A stretch of DNA of 50,931 bases, taken from positions 1 through 50,931 of the forward strand of contig JBFYMQ010000004.1 in the NCBI GenBank assembly GCA_041304825.1, read 5' to 3'. The position numbers were made by a program, and so were the translations under genes. The DNA comes from Thermoplasmatales archaeon (lineage in GTDB: Archaea; Thermoplasmatota; E2; DHVEG-1). The notes under the pieces are model-generated. The model did not search any database, was not told where the DNA came from, and saw only the letters and a list, made by a program, of their open reading frames with translations. Every line of letters starts with the position of its first letter. Position 1 is the stretch's first letter. Below are positions 1 to 9,945 of the stretch, piece after piece.

Positions 1-1
1 T

Positions 2-2521
2 TCCTCTACAAAATATACTGATGAGATTGCGTTTTCCATCGCCTGCTGCCCTATGGGGCGGGTTCCTTCCGCATTGCTTTTGAAAGAAAACGCAGAGTCG
101 CTCTACGAGCATGATCAATGGATCTCCTATGCGGACATCATAGACTATGATGACGGGACTGGGAATTACTCCTCCACGATTCGCTATCGAGTCCTTGAAG
201 ACGGAACAGAGAAATATTTTACGCTTCCCTCTGAGATTTATTACTGGTATGTCGTCCATCCGAAGATAACAAACGAAGATATCGACACGGTCTACGGACC
301 ATTGTGGCGAAATTACCTCTTTGAACATAATGATTTAGGGTACCCCTTGCTTAAAGAAAAACTCTCCACAATCCAGTATCTCTGGGACTGCCAATCGTAT
401 GACCAACCAGGGGCACGACTCTGGAGCGTATGTATCAACCAGCATCCCACCGCGATTGAAGCAATCAGCTACTGGGTCGGAAAAACCGTCCCCAACCAAG
501 CGACCGGGGACCGACCAGGACAAGCCTCGGTGATCGCTCATGAGCATAACGGCTGGTGCGGAGAGCTACAAAAGATAGCGATTGCTGCGCAACGAGCCGC
601 ACTCATCCCCTCAATAGCCGCCTGTAACGTCGGCGAGGATCATGTCTGGCGGGAATTCTATGAGCGAGGCTGGCATGAGAACGACAACTGGTGGAGCGAC
701 ACCGGTGGCGCAGTGGATGAGCCTGATGTCTACGCGTATGGCTGGGGAAAGAACATGTCCGCGATCTACCAATGGCGCGGGGACGGCACCATCCTGCAGG
801 ACACCGCACGCTACATCCATGAAGAAGACCGGATCACCGTGGATTTTACGATCAAAGACCTGTTTAGACAGCCGGTGGACGGCGCCCGAGTCGTCGTCTT
901 AGTCAAGGGTCCAAAGGATATCACGTTTTATAAGAACCTGTTCTCAGAAAAGATACAAAACCTTTGGGATACGCTCCCTGAGTTTCTCAAAGGAAAACTC
1001 TTCACGTTATTGTTTGGTAAGATTAATGAACGGATTGATAAAACCCCAGATAGCATCACCGGGCTGACGATCACCACCTGGAGCTATACGGATTCTCAGG
1101 GACAATGCAGTTTTGAATTAGGGAAAAATCTGGAGTACCTTTTTTTAATCCAAGAGGGAAACCTGAAGAAACCCTGGCAGCTCGCCTGCCATAATACCTT
1201 TCGCAGTCTTAAAACCGGGGAGGATAAATCATTTAGAATCACTCTAATGGATGCCTCACGCAAACCCCGGAAGATGACCCCTGAGGCGACTCAACTGCCT
1301 GTATTTCAATTTCGCCTGTCGTTCACCAGCAGCGGGTATCAATCACAGAAACATTTCACGAACGAAGGAATCGGCAGATATGAATTTCTAGGCAACATCG
1401 ATATATTGTTGCTCGATTCAGCAAATTTTCAACGATACCAGGAAGGAACAGCGTTTAGCTATATCAGATTTAACGGCAGTATCGATGCCGCGGTCAATGC
1501 GATCCTGACTTGTTCAATGGAAGAAACAGACCTGTATCTCATCTTCAAAAATCATAACCGGTTCACCCATGAGATCATTGATTTTTCTCTGGATGTTTCT
1601 ATTGAGACCACAAGCGACCGGGTGCAGATCGTCACCCCGGACACCCCGCTGTTTGAAACACCCATTGCAAATATCGGAGACACGGTGCTCATCTCCGGGA
1701 TTGCGACGACAGATCCGGTCTTTCTTTCCTTTGATCATGAGCCTCCTGTGATCGAGCTTTCCGTTACGAACGGGGGCTGGTCCTATGCGTGGGACACCTC
1801 GGGAGCGACCCTTGGCACTCATCTAATCACGATCGCGGATGGAGGAAACATATCAGACGAACGACCCATTCAGTTGATTGATGGACGACCTCCATGTCTT
1901 TCGATTGACACCCCGGTTGATGGCGTGATTCTTGAACAAGGGCTCCTTGATATCTCAGGACAGAGTTCAGATAATCTCGCTGTTGACCATATTGAGATCA
2001 CTTTGGATAACATCACCCACGTAGCTGTCGGCACAACCAACTGGAGTCTCTCATGGGATACAACAGAACTGCCCCTTGGTGATCATCTTCTCACCGTAAA
2101 AGCCATAGACGCCCAATATCTGACGTCGACTCAAACACGCTGGATTGTCCTGAACGAAACCGGCCATACCTGGGGTCCTCAGATCAACACCTTATCATAT
2201 AGCCCTGCGAATCCCACCAACACCAGCAACATGATTATCTACGCAAACGTAACCTCAACAGGACCATTTGCTATTCGCAACATTACTCTCTACTGGTATA
2301 ATGGAACCGACACAGTGGCCTATGAGATGTATCGATACGGAGCCTATCCCGTTCAAAACCGCCATGAGGAAGACCCGCTAATTAATCAATCAAATGCACC
2401 TCTTTTTGGTGTTGAACTCGGACAATTTCCCACTGGTCAAACCATTGGATTCTGGATTGTCGCAATCGATACCGCTCAAAATAGATTACAATCAGAGGGT
2501 GACTCGTTTACCATCCAATAA
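2..2521 (+). CDS. Transglutaminase-like (Cys/His/Asp papain-fold) surface protein with C-terminal Ig-like/beta-sandwich modules; 5' end cut by window edge
   Basis: Track ORF 53..2521, but the frame stays open back to nt 2, so the true start is upstream. Transglutaminase-core context NGWCGE (Cys codon 557-559), GEDHVWREFY (His 641-643), ENDNWW (Asp 683-685). Ig-like segments (GDHLLTVKAID). The last module (NITLYWYNGTD..FWIVAIDTAQN) resembles the repeats of ORF 9946..15591. Confidence 0.7.
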   Translation, partial: SSTKYTDEIAFSIACCPMGRVPSALLLKENAESLYEHDQWISYADIIDYDDGTGNYSSTIRYRVLEDGTEKYFTLPSEIYYWYVVHPKITNEDIDTVYGPLWRNYLFEHNDLGYPLLKEKLSTIQYLWDCQSYDQPGARLWSVCINQHPTAIEAISYWVGKTVPNQATGDRPGQASVIAHEHNGWCGELQKIAIAAQRAALIPSIAACNVGEDHVWREFYERGWHENDNWWSDTGGAVDEPDVYAYGWGKNMSAIYQWRGDGTILQDTARYIHEEDRITVDFTIKDLFRQPVDGARVVVLVKGPKDITFYKNLFSEKIQNLWDTLPEFLKGKLFTLLFGKINERIDKTPDSITGLTITTWSYTDSQGQCSFELGKNLEYLFLIQEGNLKKPWQLACHNTFRSLKTGEDKSFRITLMDASRKPRKMTPEATQLPVFQFRLSFTSSGYQSQKHFTNEGIGRYEFLGNIDILLLDSANFQRYQEGTAFSYIRFNGSIDAAVNAILTCSMEETDLYLIFKNHNRFTHEIIDFSLDVSIETTSDRVQIVTPDTPLFETPIANIGDTVLISGIATTDPVFLSFDHEPPVIELSVTNGGWSYAWDTSGATLGTHLITIADGGNISDERPIQLIDGRPPCLSIDTPVDGVILEQGLLDISGQSSDNLAVDHIEITLDNITHVAVGTTNWSLSWDTTELPLGDHLLTVKAIDAQYLTSTQTRWIVLNETGHTWGPQINTLSYSPANPTNTSNMIIYANVTSTGPFAIRNITLYWYNGTDTVAYEMYRYGAYPVQNRHEEDPLINQSNAPLFGVELGQFPTGQTIGFWIVAIDTAQNRLQSEGDSFTIQ

Positions 2522-2558
2522 AAAACAAGCCAAGGATTTTGAAAACTTTTAAAAGAGG

Positions 2559-3266
2559 ATGCAGCATCCCAGATACGAACATAACTTGTTGTGGGGAATG
2601 AAAAAAATGAGTCCAATAGAGCAACCAAGAAAGCGGGTAGACAATCCACCTCAAAAACTACAGAAATCATCACGAAAATGGATGTACCTCGCATTGATAC
2701 TCATCGTTATTGTAATCGCTGTTGTCGCAGTCGTGGTATCCCAAAATCTAATATCGAATCCGGACGACAATATGCCTGAAGGAAATCCCATCGCACTCTT
2801 CGATACAAGCTTCGGAACCTTCAAGGTGGAATTGTCCAAAGATAAAATGCCAGAGACCGTCGATAATTTTGTAAAACTGGTAAATGATGGGTTTTACAAT
2901 GGGGTGATTTTCCATCGAATCGGTGATAACTTTATGATTCAAAGTGGCGGGTATTACCCAAATGGGACACGGAAAACCAGTCCGTATGGGAACATCCCGT
3001 TTGAGACCAGCGATGTCAAACACGTGGATGGCGCAATTTCCATGGCAAGCACCGGGGCAAAAGTCGGCGGAGCCGCGGAATTCTTCATCTGTGATGGAGC
3101 GCAGTCGTTCCTTGATGGGAACTATGCTGCTTTTGGTGTAGTTATCGAAGGTCTTGATGTCGTACAAACAATCGCAACCCAACCTCAAGATAAAAGTGAG
3201 AGTGAAACAGTCGGGAAACCAACTACCGATATCGTCATCAATAACATCATCATATTAAGTTCATAA
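2559..3266 (+). CDS. Membrane-anchored cyclophilin-type peptidyl-prolyl cis-trans isomerase
   Basis: Cyclophilin blocks FHRIGDNFMIQSGG and GAISMASTGAKVGGAAEFFI follow a single TM helix (WMYLALILIVIVIAVVAVVV). Start is ambiguous (ATG 2559, 2598 or 2607). Confidence 0.85.
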   Translation: MQHPRYEHNLLWGMKKMSPIEQPRKRVDNPPQKLQKSSRKWMYLALILIVIVIAVVAVVVSQNLISNPDDNMPEGNPIALFDTSFGTFKVELSKDKMPETVDNFVKLVNDGFYNGVIFHRIGDNFMIQSGGYYPNGTRKTSPYGNIPFETSDVKHVDGAISMASTGAKVGGAAEFFICDGAQSFLDGNYAAFGVVIEGLDVVQTIATQPQDKSESETVGKPTTDIVINNIIILSS

Positions 3267-3283
3267 GCAGGAGCTGAGAAGAC

Positions 3284-3766
3284 ATGGGGAACAGAAAAGC
3301 GATTTTTGAGACAAATAAAGGCAAATTTACTCTTGAACTGTATGAAGATAAAGCACCACTTACCACCGGGAATTTCATAAAACTCGTGAACCAAGGGTTC
3401 TACAATGGCTTGATTTTCCATCGGGTGATCCCCCAGTTCATGATCCAAGGTGGATGTCCGGAGGGAACTGGTACCGGTGGCCCAGGATACACGATTAAAG
3501 ATGAGTTTCACAAGGACCTGAGTAACGTGCGTGGGACGATTGCGATGGCGAACCGTGGACCGAACACTGGTGGGAGTCAATGGTTTATCAATGTCGTTGA
3601 TAACTGTTATCTTGATTTTGATAAGAAACCGTATTCAAGTGCACACCCGGTGTTCGGAAAGGTTGTCGAAGGCATGGAGATCATCGATGCAATCTCTCAG
3701 GTGAAGCTTGGTAGGAACGATAAACCTGTTCAGGATATCATTATTAAAAAAATTACGATTTCATGA
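3284..3766 (+). CDS. Cytoplasmic cyclophilin-type peptidyl-prolyl cis-trans isomerase
   Basis: [62 protein letters not shown] lies ~10 nt upstream of the ATG. Confidence 0.9.
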   Translation: MGNRKAIFETNKGKFTLELYEDKAPLTTGNFIKLVNQGFYNGLIFHRVIPQFMIQGGCPEGTGTGGPGYTIKDEFHKDLSNVRGTIAMANRGPNTGGSQWFINVVDNCYLDFDKKPYSSAHPVFGKVVEGMEIIDAISQVKLGRNDKPVQDIIIKKITIS

Positions 3767-3775
3767 GGAGATGAT

Positions 3776-4264
3776 GTGGTATCTATGGCTGTTCTTTCTG
3801 ATGTCGATATCGAGCAAGCACTTAAAAGCGATGAACTAGGTATTGAACCGTTCATCCAGAAGAATCTGACACCGAATGGGTATGATCTTTCTATCGATGA
3901 AATCTATCTCCGTACCATTGATGAACATATCAAAGAAGGTGTCGCGATGATCCCACCACTCACCTGGTTTGCGATTAGCACAAAAGAATTCGTCAAGATG
4001 GGTCCTCAGATTACTTCGCAGTTATGGATCCGTTCTAGTTACGCTCGCAAAGGGATCATGGCAAGCTTCGGCAAGGTCGATGCTGGGTTTCACGGGACGC
4101 TGACCTTTGGCTGTTTTAATGCTAGTGACAAAGAAGTTGAAATCCCCATTGGTGATCGGTTTTGCCAGATTGTCTTTGAGCACCTCGAACAGACACCAAA
4201 AGCTTTGTATCATGAGCGGTCTGGGACATATCAGAACCAACGCGGCGTGACATTGAAACGATAA
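3776..4264 (+). CDS. dCTP deaminase/dUTPase-family protein (size fits short archaeal dUTPase-like members)
   Basis: LSDVDIEQAL..GIEPF..NGYDLSI at the N-terminus and GIMASFGKVDAGFHGTLTF..IPIGDRFCQIVF are typical of the Dcd/Dut beta-barrel family. GTG start 5 nt after GAGGAG; alternative ATG at 3785. Confidence 0.75.
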   Translation: MVSMAVLSDVDIEQALKSDELGIEPFIQKNLTPNGYDLSIDEIYLRTIDEHIKEGVAMIPPLTWFAISTKEFVKMGPQITSQLWIRSSYARKGIMASFGKVDAGFHGTLTFGCFNASDKEVEIPIGDRFCQIVFEHLEQTPKALYHERSGTYQNQRGVTLKR

Positions 4265-4317
4265 TTCTTCTTCAAAAAGATATATATTTATATATACTTA
4301 TTTTCTTGTTTTACTTT

Positions 4318-4338
4318 CATAAAAAAGAAAAAAAAAGA
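4318..4338 (-). terminator. Oligo-T terminator (minus strand) of the FG-GAP/PKD gene, in a convergent gap
   Basis: The plus-strand run aaaaaagaaaaaaaaag reads as T-runs on the minus strand just after the stop at 4347. Confidence 0.5.
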
Positions 4339-4346
4339 ATGGTTAA

Positions 4347-6533
4347 TCAATGAAATTCCAAAAGATACCGCAGGAAAGGAAACGCATGAGGAAACCGTTC
4401 AAAAAACCATTTGAAGATAGGTAGGACCGGCTTGTCATAAGAAAACGGTATCTTCACAGATAGCGTTCCCCAGTCGCTCTCAGCACCATGGATATCTTTG
4501 GCTTTCACTTTCACAGAGTACGTCCCTTTCTCAGTCCAATTATGTACCGCTGATTCTTGTACGCCAGAGCTATATGGCCCAAACCATCCACTCGAGGTAT
4601 TATCCCCCCAGTCAACATAATAAAAGACAGTATCCAAATCAGGGTCTGTTGCAACAAAAATATACTTATAGTTCAGGAGAGGTTTGCCCTTCGAAGGCCC
4701 ATATATGTCAGGAGTATTTGGAGGAGCATTGGTCCCAGTAATCAAAGCCCAGGTCGTATCCGTAACGGTGAGATCATCTGCATCGGTGACCGATAACATC
4801 ACGGTGTAATTCCATTCCTCGGAATAGCTATGCGTCGGATTTTGAACAATAGCAGTGTTACCATCACCAAAATCCCAGAAAAAATCATAGGGTGGGTTCC
4901 CATTTTCCGCAGTCCCAGTAAATTGAATCATTTGACCTAATGACCCATAATACGGACCATGGGCATCGACATCAAATCCTAGGATAGTAAAATCAGATTC
5001 AGATATCGCAGAAGCACTTGATTCAGATGTGGTCACAATCACCTTGATCCGGCAATTCTCAGATCCACTCGCACCGATTAGCCATTGATAACATCCATTG
5101 TTCGGAATATCGGTCGCAAGAGGCTCCCATGGACCAGAACCCCCATTACGAGAAAGGAGAATATCGACCGTGGATTCACCCTGAGGCGCGGGAACCGCTG
5201 AAAGCCAGCGGATATTCCGAATGGAGCCGCTTCTGAACGTCTCCCCCCCATGTGGTGATTGTATCAACGCAGACAAACTTGTCGGCTCAAGCCAGGGAGA
5301 AAATGCTTTCAGAATATTTTGATATGAAGGCCAACTGCCTTGTTCAGCCTGTACTACAACATCCTCGCGGCCATCATGATCGAAATCTCCATCGACAAGG
5401 AATCCGGAGAAAGAACCAGGAGATGTCATGGAAAACGAGCCGTCAAGGACCCAATTTCCGTTCCCATCGCCAAGGTAGGAGTACCCAGTTGGACCCACAT
5501 ACCCGACAATATCAAGATATCCATCGCCGTCAATATCACCAAACTGGGGGTAATACTCACCAGATGTTGGAAGACCTGTAGATATCGAATCCCAATCGTT
5601 ATTTTCTCCGTCATAGACATAACAGCGTAGCCCATTGGAACTACTCCCAACCGCAAGATCATCCCAGCCGTCATTGTTCATATCACCGCAGTCCAGACCA
5701 TTCCATAATCCCCCCGGTAGACCAATTTGAGTCATCGTAAAATTGAAAGTCCCATCACCAAAAAAAACATGGGTCCCCTCTCGATTCCCTGCAAAATCAG
5801 GTAACCCATCTGCATTAAAATCAGCGATCTCGAGCATATTATTGTTATTTCCATCTGTTAACACCCAGACCTGTGTCCACGTTCCATCACCATGATTTTG
5901 GTACACATGATACCCGTTGCCATAACCAAATGATTGAGAAATAAGATCAAGCCGACCATTACAATCAAAATCAGCAAGACCACACTCAAACATCCCCCAA
6001 TCTTCCCCACCGGTCCCAAGACCAGTAGCCCAGGGAATCCAATTTGAAGCAGACCCATCACCCAACGCCGCCCCTATCAATGTATCACCAAAACCAGAAC
6101 CCGGGGTGGCATAATTATGATGGATGCCCCACACTACATCAAGGTATCCGTCTAAGTTGAGGTCACCTGCCTCAATGCCACCGTACCCGAAATCCCCGAC
6201 TTGGATGACAGACCAGGTTCCCATCCCATTACCAAGCCACACCATAATCCCATGTTGCGGGCTGTTGATATTCGGAGACCCATGATCACCAACAGAGATA
6301 ACATCTAAATTTCCGTCGTTGTTCATATCAGCAAGTTCGTACTCGGTGTTCCCTCCTTCTTTTGCAGGGGTTTGAAGACCTGTGGATTTCTCAACAAAGG
6401 TAATAGACTTCAAGGGTGATGCAATATCTTTTTGTTGAGAAAAATTACTGCCAGAAAACGAGGTCGCTGTAGAAAAAATAATCACCGCGATAAGAAGAAA
6501 AATTAGACTACTTTTCATTTTTTTATTGTTCAT
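4347..6533 (-). CDS. Secreted FG-GAP/VCBS-repeat (integrin-alpha-like beta-propeller) protein with PKD domains and a conserved C-terminal tail
   Basis: Seven Ca-binding-like repeats (DMNNDGNLDVISVG, GDLNLDGYLDVVWG, ADFDCNGRLDLISQ, ADFNADGLPDFAGN, GDMNNDGWDDLAVG, GDIDGDGYLDIVGY, GDFDHDGREDVVVQ). PKD motifs (FFWDFGDGNTA, YYVDWGDNTSSGW). Signal peptide MNNKKMKSSLIFLLIAVIIFSTA begins at internal ATG 6533 (track start 6599). Tail FERFPHAFPFLRYLLEFH. Confidence 0.85.
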   Translation of the reverse strand: MNNKKMKSSLIFLLIAVIIFSTATSFSGSNFSQQKDIASPLKSITFVEKSTGLQTPAKEGGNTEYELADMNNDGNLDVISVGDHGSPNINSPQHGIMVWLGNGMGTWSVIQVGDFGYGGIEAGDLNLDGYLDVVWGIHHNYATPGSGFGDTLIGAALGDGSASNWIPWATGLGTGGEDWGMFECGLADFDCNGRLDLISQSFGYGNGYHVYQNHGDGTWTQVWVLTDGNNNNMLEIADFNADGLPDFAGNREGTHVFFGDGTFNFTMTQIGLPGGLWNGLDCGDMNNDGWDDLAVGSSSNGLRCYVYDGENNDWDSISTGLPTSGEYYPQFGDIDGDGYLDIVGYVGPTGYSYLGDGNGNWVLDGSFSMTSPGSFSGFLVDGDFDHDGREDVVVQAEQGSWPSYQNILKAFSPWLEPTSLSALIQSPHGGETFRSGSIRNIRWLSAVPAPQGESTVDILLSRNGGSGPWEPLATDIPNNGCYQWLIGASGSENCRIKVIVTTSESSASAISESDFTILGFDVDAHGPYYGSLGQMIQFTGTAENGNPPYDFFWDFGDGNTAIVQNPTHSYSEEWNYTVMLSVTDADDLTVTDTTWALITGTNAPPNTPDIYGPSKGKPLLNYKYIFVATDPDLDTVFYYVDWGDNTSSGWFGPYSSGVQESAVHNWTEKGTYSVKVKAKDIHGAESDWGTLSVKIPFSYDKPVLPIFKWFFERFPHAFPFLRYLLEFH

Positions 6534-6731
6534 TATCAATATCCCCAATCTTAAAATAAAGTAAGTCATTATATAAATATTCTCATATCTTGATTCCATT
6601 TCTTTTTTTTTATTCTAGTAATTAATGATTGAAAGAGAATATCAACATGCAATAATAATTTTCTAAGAATGTGCACAAGTATCTGCATATGCATCTGCAT
6701 ATACCGATTGAAGTTGAGTGCCTTCTGTTGA

Positions 6732-7919
6732 TTAGAGTTTCTTCGCAAGGTTTTTCCCGTAATCAACGCAGGATTTCCTTCCTGCTTCATCAGGGTTCCA
6801 AAGCAGTTTCAACCCATCATCAACCACCGAGAATCCTGCTGCTTTTAGATGATCGGTAATAAGATGAACTGACTCCCCGCTCCAACCGTAGCAGCCGAAC
6901 GCCGCTGCTTTCTTCTCCTTGAAACTTAAACCGCGGAGCTCTTCAAGTAGCGAGGCGACCGCAGTAAGAATCCCTTTGTTGATGGTGGGTGAGCCAACCA
7001 GGATTGCCTTGGATTTGAAGATTTCCGTGATTGCATCGTTCTTATCACTATGTCCTATGTTGATGAGTTTAACAGTCACAGCCGAATCTCCTTGGACAAT
7101 TCCTTTTGCGATCTGCTCAGCCATGACTCGCGTCCCACTCCACATGGTATCATACAGAATTGTGATTTGATTTTCCTTGTACTTGTTCGACCATTTCAGA
7201 TAGGTCTCAATGATTTGTTTCGGGTTCTTTCGCCAGATGACCCCGTGGCTCGTACAGATTATATCAACGGGGAGATTCAACGATAAGACTTCCTTTATTT
7301 TCTTCTCCACCAGTGGACTAAAAGGCGTCAAAATATTCGCATAATACTTCAGTGCTTCATACATCAGCTCTGATTGATCAACAAGATCGTTGAACATAAA
7401 CTCCGAAGCGAGATGTTCCCCAAACGCATCGTTGCTAAACAGGATATTATCCCCCGTAAGATAACAGAACATCGAATCAGGCCAATGCAGCATCGGTGCC
7501 TCAATGAACACCAGTTCTTTTTTGCCAAGGCTGAGTCGATCACCGGTTTTCACCACCTTGAAATCCCAGTTCTCATGATAATGCCCCTTTAAGGATTTCA
7601 CACCATTCGCTGTGCAGTATATTGGTGTATCAGGTATCTTCCTCATCAGTTCAGGAAGTGCACCACTATGGTCGGTCTCCCCATGATTCGCTATCACATA
7701 ATCGATTTTTTTCAGGTCGATTTCCGAAGAAAGATTTTTTACAAACTCCTTTGCAAACGGACCCCACACTGTATCGATAAGAGCAACTTTCTCTTCTTTG
7801 AGAAGATACGAATTATAGGTCGAGCCTCGATGCGTGGACAGCTCGTTGCCATGGAACTTCCGAAGATCCCAATCGATTTTCCCGACCCATGAAACATTAT
7901 TTTTCACTGGTATGTTCAT
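6732..7919 (-). CDS. fprA: Flavodiiron protein (A-type flavoprotein, FprA/ROO family): MBL-like diiron domain plus flavodoxin-like domain
   Basis: Diiron motif NHGETDHSGALPEL (H-x-E-x-D-H). C-terminal flavodoxin-like part (ITILYDTMWSGTRVMAEQIAKG, ILVGSPTINKG). GGAGG lies 7 nt upstream of the ATG. Confidence 0.9.
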   Translation of the reverse strand: MNIPVKNNVSWVGKIDWDLRKFHGNELSTHRGSTYNSYLLKEEKVALIDTVWGPFAKEFVKNLSSEIDLKKIDYVIANHGETDHSGALPELMRKIPDTPIYCTANGVKSLKGHYHENWDFKVVKTGDRLSLGKKELVFIEAPMLHWPDSMFCYLTGDNILFSNDAFGEHLASEFMFNDLVDQSELMYEALKYYANILTPFSPLVEKKIKEVLSLNLPVDIICTSHGVIWRKNPKQIIETYLKWSNKYKENQITILYDTMWSGTRVMAEQIAKGIVQGDSAVTVKLINIGHSDKNDAITEIFKSKAILVGSPTINKGILTAVASLLEELRGLSFKEKKAAAFGCYGWSGESVHLITDHLKAAGFSVVDDGLKLLWNPDEAGRKSCVDYGKNLAKKL

Positions 7920-8013
7920 ATGAAAACCTCCACTTAGCGATATTTCTTACAATCCAACATGGTTCTTAAAAATTTCTATACAACAAAATCAAAAAAGTTT
8001 TCATTTCGAATGA

Positions 8014-8022
8014 ATTTAAATA
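8014..8022 (+). promoter_or_regulatory. TATA-like box for the MBL hydrolase gene in the divergent fprA/MBL intergenic region
   Basis: ATTTAAATA lies ~37-45 nt upstream of ATG 8059. Confidence 0.3.
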
Positions 8023-8058
8023 GCGGTTGGATTATCTCAAATCAGCCGGGGTACTATC

Positions 8059-8751
8059 ATGGAGATTGTCCCAGGAATACATGTAATAGAAGGCATTTCC
8101 GCTCATTGCTATCTCATCGATGGTCCTGAGCTGATGCTCATCGATACGGGCATGCCACGGAAAACAAAGAAGATCCTTCGTTATATCACCGATGTCCTTC
8201 ATAAAAACCCATCAGACCTGAAAACTATTCTTCTAACACATTGCGATATCGATCATATCGGAAACGCCCGGGAGCTGCGTAGCATCACCGGTGCGAGTAT
8301 CGCTGCTCATCCCCTGGATGCTGATATTATCGCTGGTAAAAAACCACGCCAGACCCCACGAAGAACAATGAGGATGCTTTTCAAAGTGCTTGGATTATTC
8401 CTCCAAGTAAGACCATTCCCCGTTGATGAAATACTCGACAACGGTGACACCATCGCTGGCTTGACCGTCCTTCATCTCCCGGGTCATACCCCCGGAAGCA
8501 TCGCGTTATATGACCCTAAACGAAAGGTTCTCTTCATTGGTGATACCCTGGGGTGCAAGGATGGGGTCGTCCAAGGTCCGCCAAAAAGCGTTACATGGGA
8601 TATTGAGAAAGTCTATCAATCGATTCAGACACTTAAAACACTTGATTTTAAAGTGATGCTCAGCGGACATGGGGAACCGTTAATATCGGATGCTTCAACA
8701 AAGGTAAAACAGTTTCTCGGAAAAATTAATGAAGATAAAACAGCACGATAA
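8059..8751 (+). CDS. Metallo-beta-lactamase-fold hydrolase
   Basis: LLTHCDIDHIGN (H-x-H-x-D-H variant), LPGHTPGS, SGHGEP. Confidence 0.85.
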   Translation: MEIVPGIHVIEGISAHCYLIDGPELMLIDTGMPRKTKKILRYITDVLHKNPSDLKTILLTHCDIDHIGNARELRSITGASIAAHPLDADIIAGKKPRQTPRRTMRMLFKVLGLFLQVRPFPVDEILDNGDTIAGLTVLHLPGHTPGSIALYDPKRKVLFIGDTLGCKDGVVQGPPKSVTWDIEKVYQSIQTLKTLDFKVMLSGHGEPLISDASTKVKQFLGKINEDKTAR

Positions 8752-8865
8752 ACAAGTTCAAAAATTTAATACAGTCAACAATCTGAATTAACATAATCAA
8801 CAAAGAAGAAGTCTTCGGTTATGAGTGTATGGAAATGAATATTTGAAGAAACAATCAAAGGATAA

Positions 8866-9906
8866 ATGCGCATGGAATTCTGGAAATCTTGGCTTCAGGC
8901 TGATCCCACCGAATGGCTATTGGAAAAAAACAATCCTTCAGTACGATATTTTACCCTGCGCAATCTGTTAGAAAAACCAGATAAGAATTCAGAGGTAAAA
9001 GAAGCAAAACAAGAGATTATGAAAACAGGCAGTGTGCCAGTGATTTTATCAAAGCAGAAGAACAAAGGATATTGGGAAGAACCTGAGAGGTTCTATTCTG
9101 CGAAATACAAAGGGACCGTCTGGCAACTCATGATTCTTGCTGAACTCGGGGCTGATGGAAACGATGACCGTATTCGAAGCGCATGCGAATATATCCTTTC
9201 TTATTCCCGGGATGTAGAAAGCGGAGGTTATGCTTACTCCTCAAATACCAAAAAAGGCGGAGGACGTCACAGTGAAGTCATCCCCTGTCTTACAGGAAAT
9301 ATGATCTGGAGCTTGATTCGCCTCGGATATCTGAACGATCCTCGGATAAAACAAGGGATTGAATGGATCACCAACTACCAACGGTTCGATGACCGGATAG
9401 CAGAACCACCAAAAGGCTGGCCATACGATCGATTAAAAACGGGATGCTTCAGCAAACATTCCTGTCATATGGGTGCAGTCAAAACATTAAAAGCTTTAAC
9501 CGAAATCCCTGAAAACAAAAGGAATGCTGAAGTGAAAAGGACAATTGAACACGGAGCTGAGTACTTTTTGTTACATCATGTTTTTAAAAGCAGTCATAAC
9601 CTGGATCGTATACCAAAACCAGGGTGGCTGAAATTCGGTTTTCCACTGATGTATCAAACCGATGCATTGGAGATTCTTGGGATTTTAACAAAACTGGGAT
9701 ATCATGACCAACGGATGCAAGAGGCTATCAATATTATGATTTCAAAACAAGATGCACAAGGCAAATGGATACTGGAGAACACGTATAACGGACGGTATCA
9801 GGTAAACATTGAAACGAAAGGAGAACCAAGTAAATGGATTACAGTTAAGGCATTAGAAGTGCTGAACAGGTATTATGCTGATTCACCTAATAAACAACAA
9901 AGATGA
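8866..9906 (+). CDS. Alpha/alpha-toroid (prenyltransferase/terpene-cyclase-like) repeat protein, function unknown
   Basis: Cytoplasmic-looking 346-aa ORF with repeated aromatic/Gly helical-hairpin segments (GYWEEPERFYSAKYKGTVWQLMILAELG, GNMIWSLIRLGY, TDALEILGILTKLGY). Assignment rests on pattern only. Confidence 0.4.
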   Translation: MRMEFWKSWLQADPTEWLLEKNNPSVRYFTLRNLLEKPDKNSEVKEAKQEIMKTGSVPVILSKQKNKGYWEEPERFYSAKYKGTVWQLMILAELGADGNDDRIRSACEYILSYSRDVESGGYAYSSNTKKGGGRHSEVIPCLTGNMIWSLIRLGYLNDPRIKQGIEWITNYQRFDDRIAEPPKGWPYDRLKTGCFSKHSCHMGAVKTLKALTEIPENKRNAEVKRTIEHGAEYFLLHHVFKSSHNLDRIPKPGWLKFGFPLMYQTDALEILGILTKLGYHDQRMQEAINIMISKQDAQGKWILENTYNGRYQVNIETKGEPSKWITVKALEVLNRYYADSPNKQQR

Positions 9907-9914
9907 AAGGAAGG

Positions 9915-9922
9915 TATAAATA
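9915..9922 (+). promoter_or_regulatory. TATA-like box ~25 nt upstream of the giant ORF start (leaderless or short-leader transcript)
   Basis: TATAAATA at 9915-9922; ATG at 9946. Confidence 0.4.
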
Positions 9923-9945
9923 AGGAAAAGTGATACTTTTTTCGG

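Noticed and set aside
335-2694. Antisense or overlapping small ORFs inside the transglutaminase-like gene (335..547, 603..809, 611..820, 642..902, 1514..1822, 1569..1751, 2476..2694)
   Set aside because: All are nested in a long ORF with recognisable domains. Their products are R/P/S-rich nonsense with no RBS. The same reasoning applies to the nested ORFs in every other large gene of the window.
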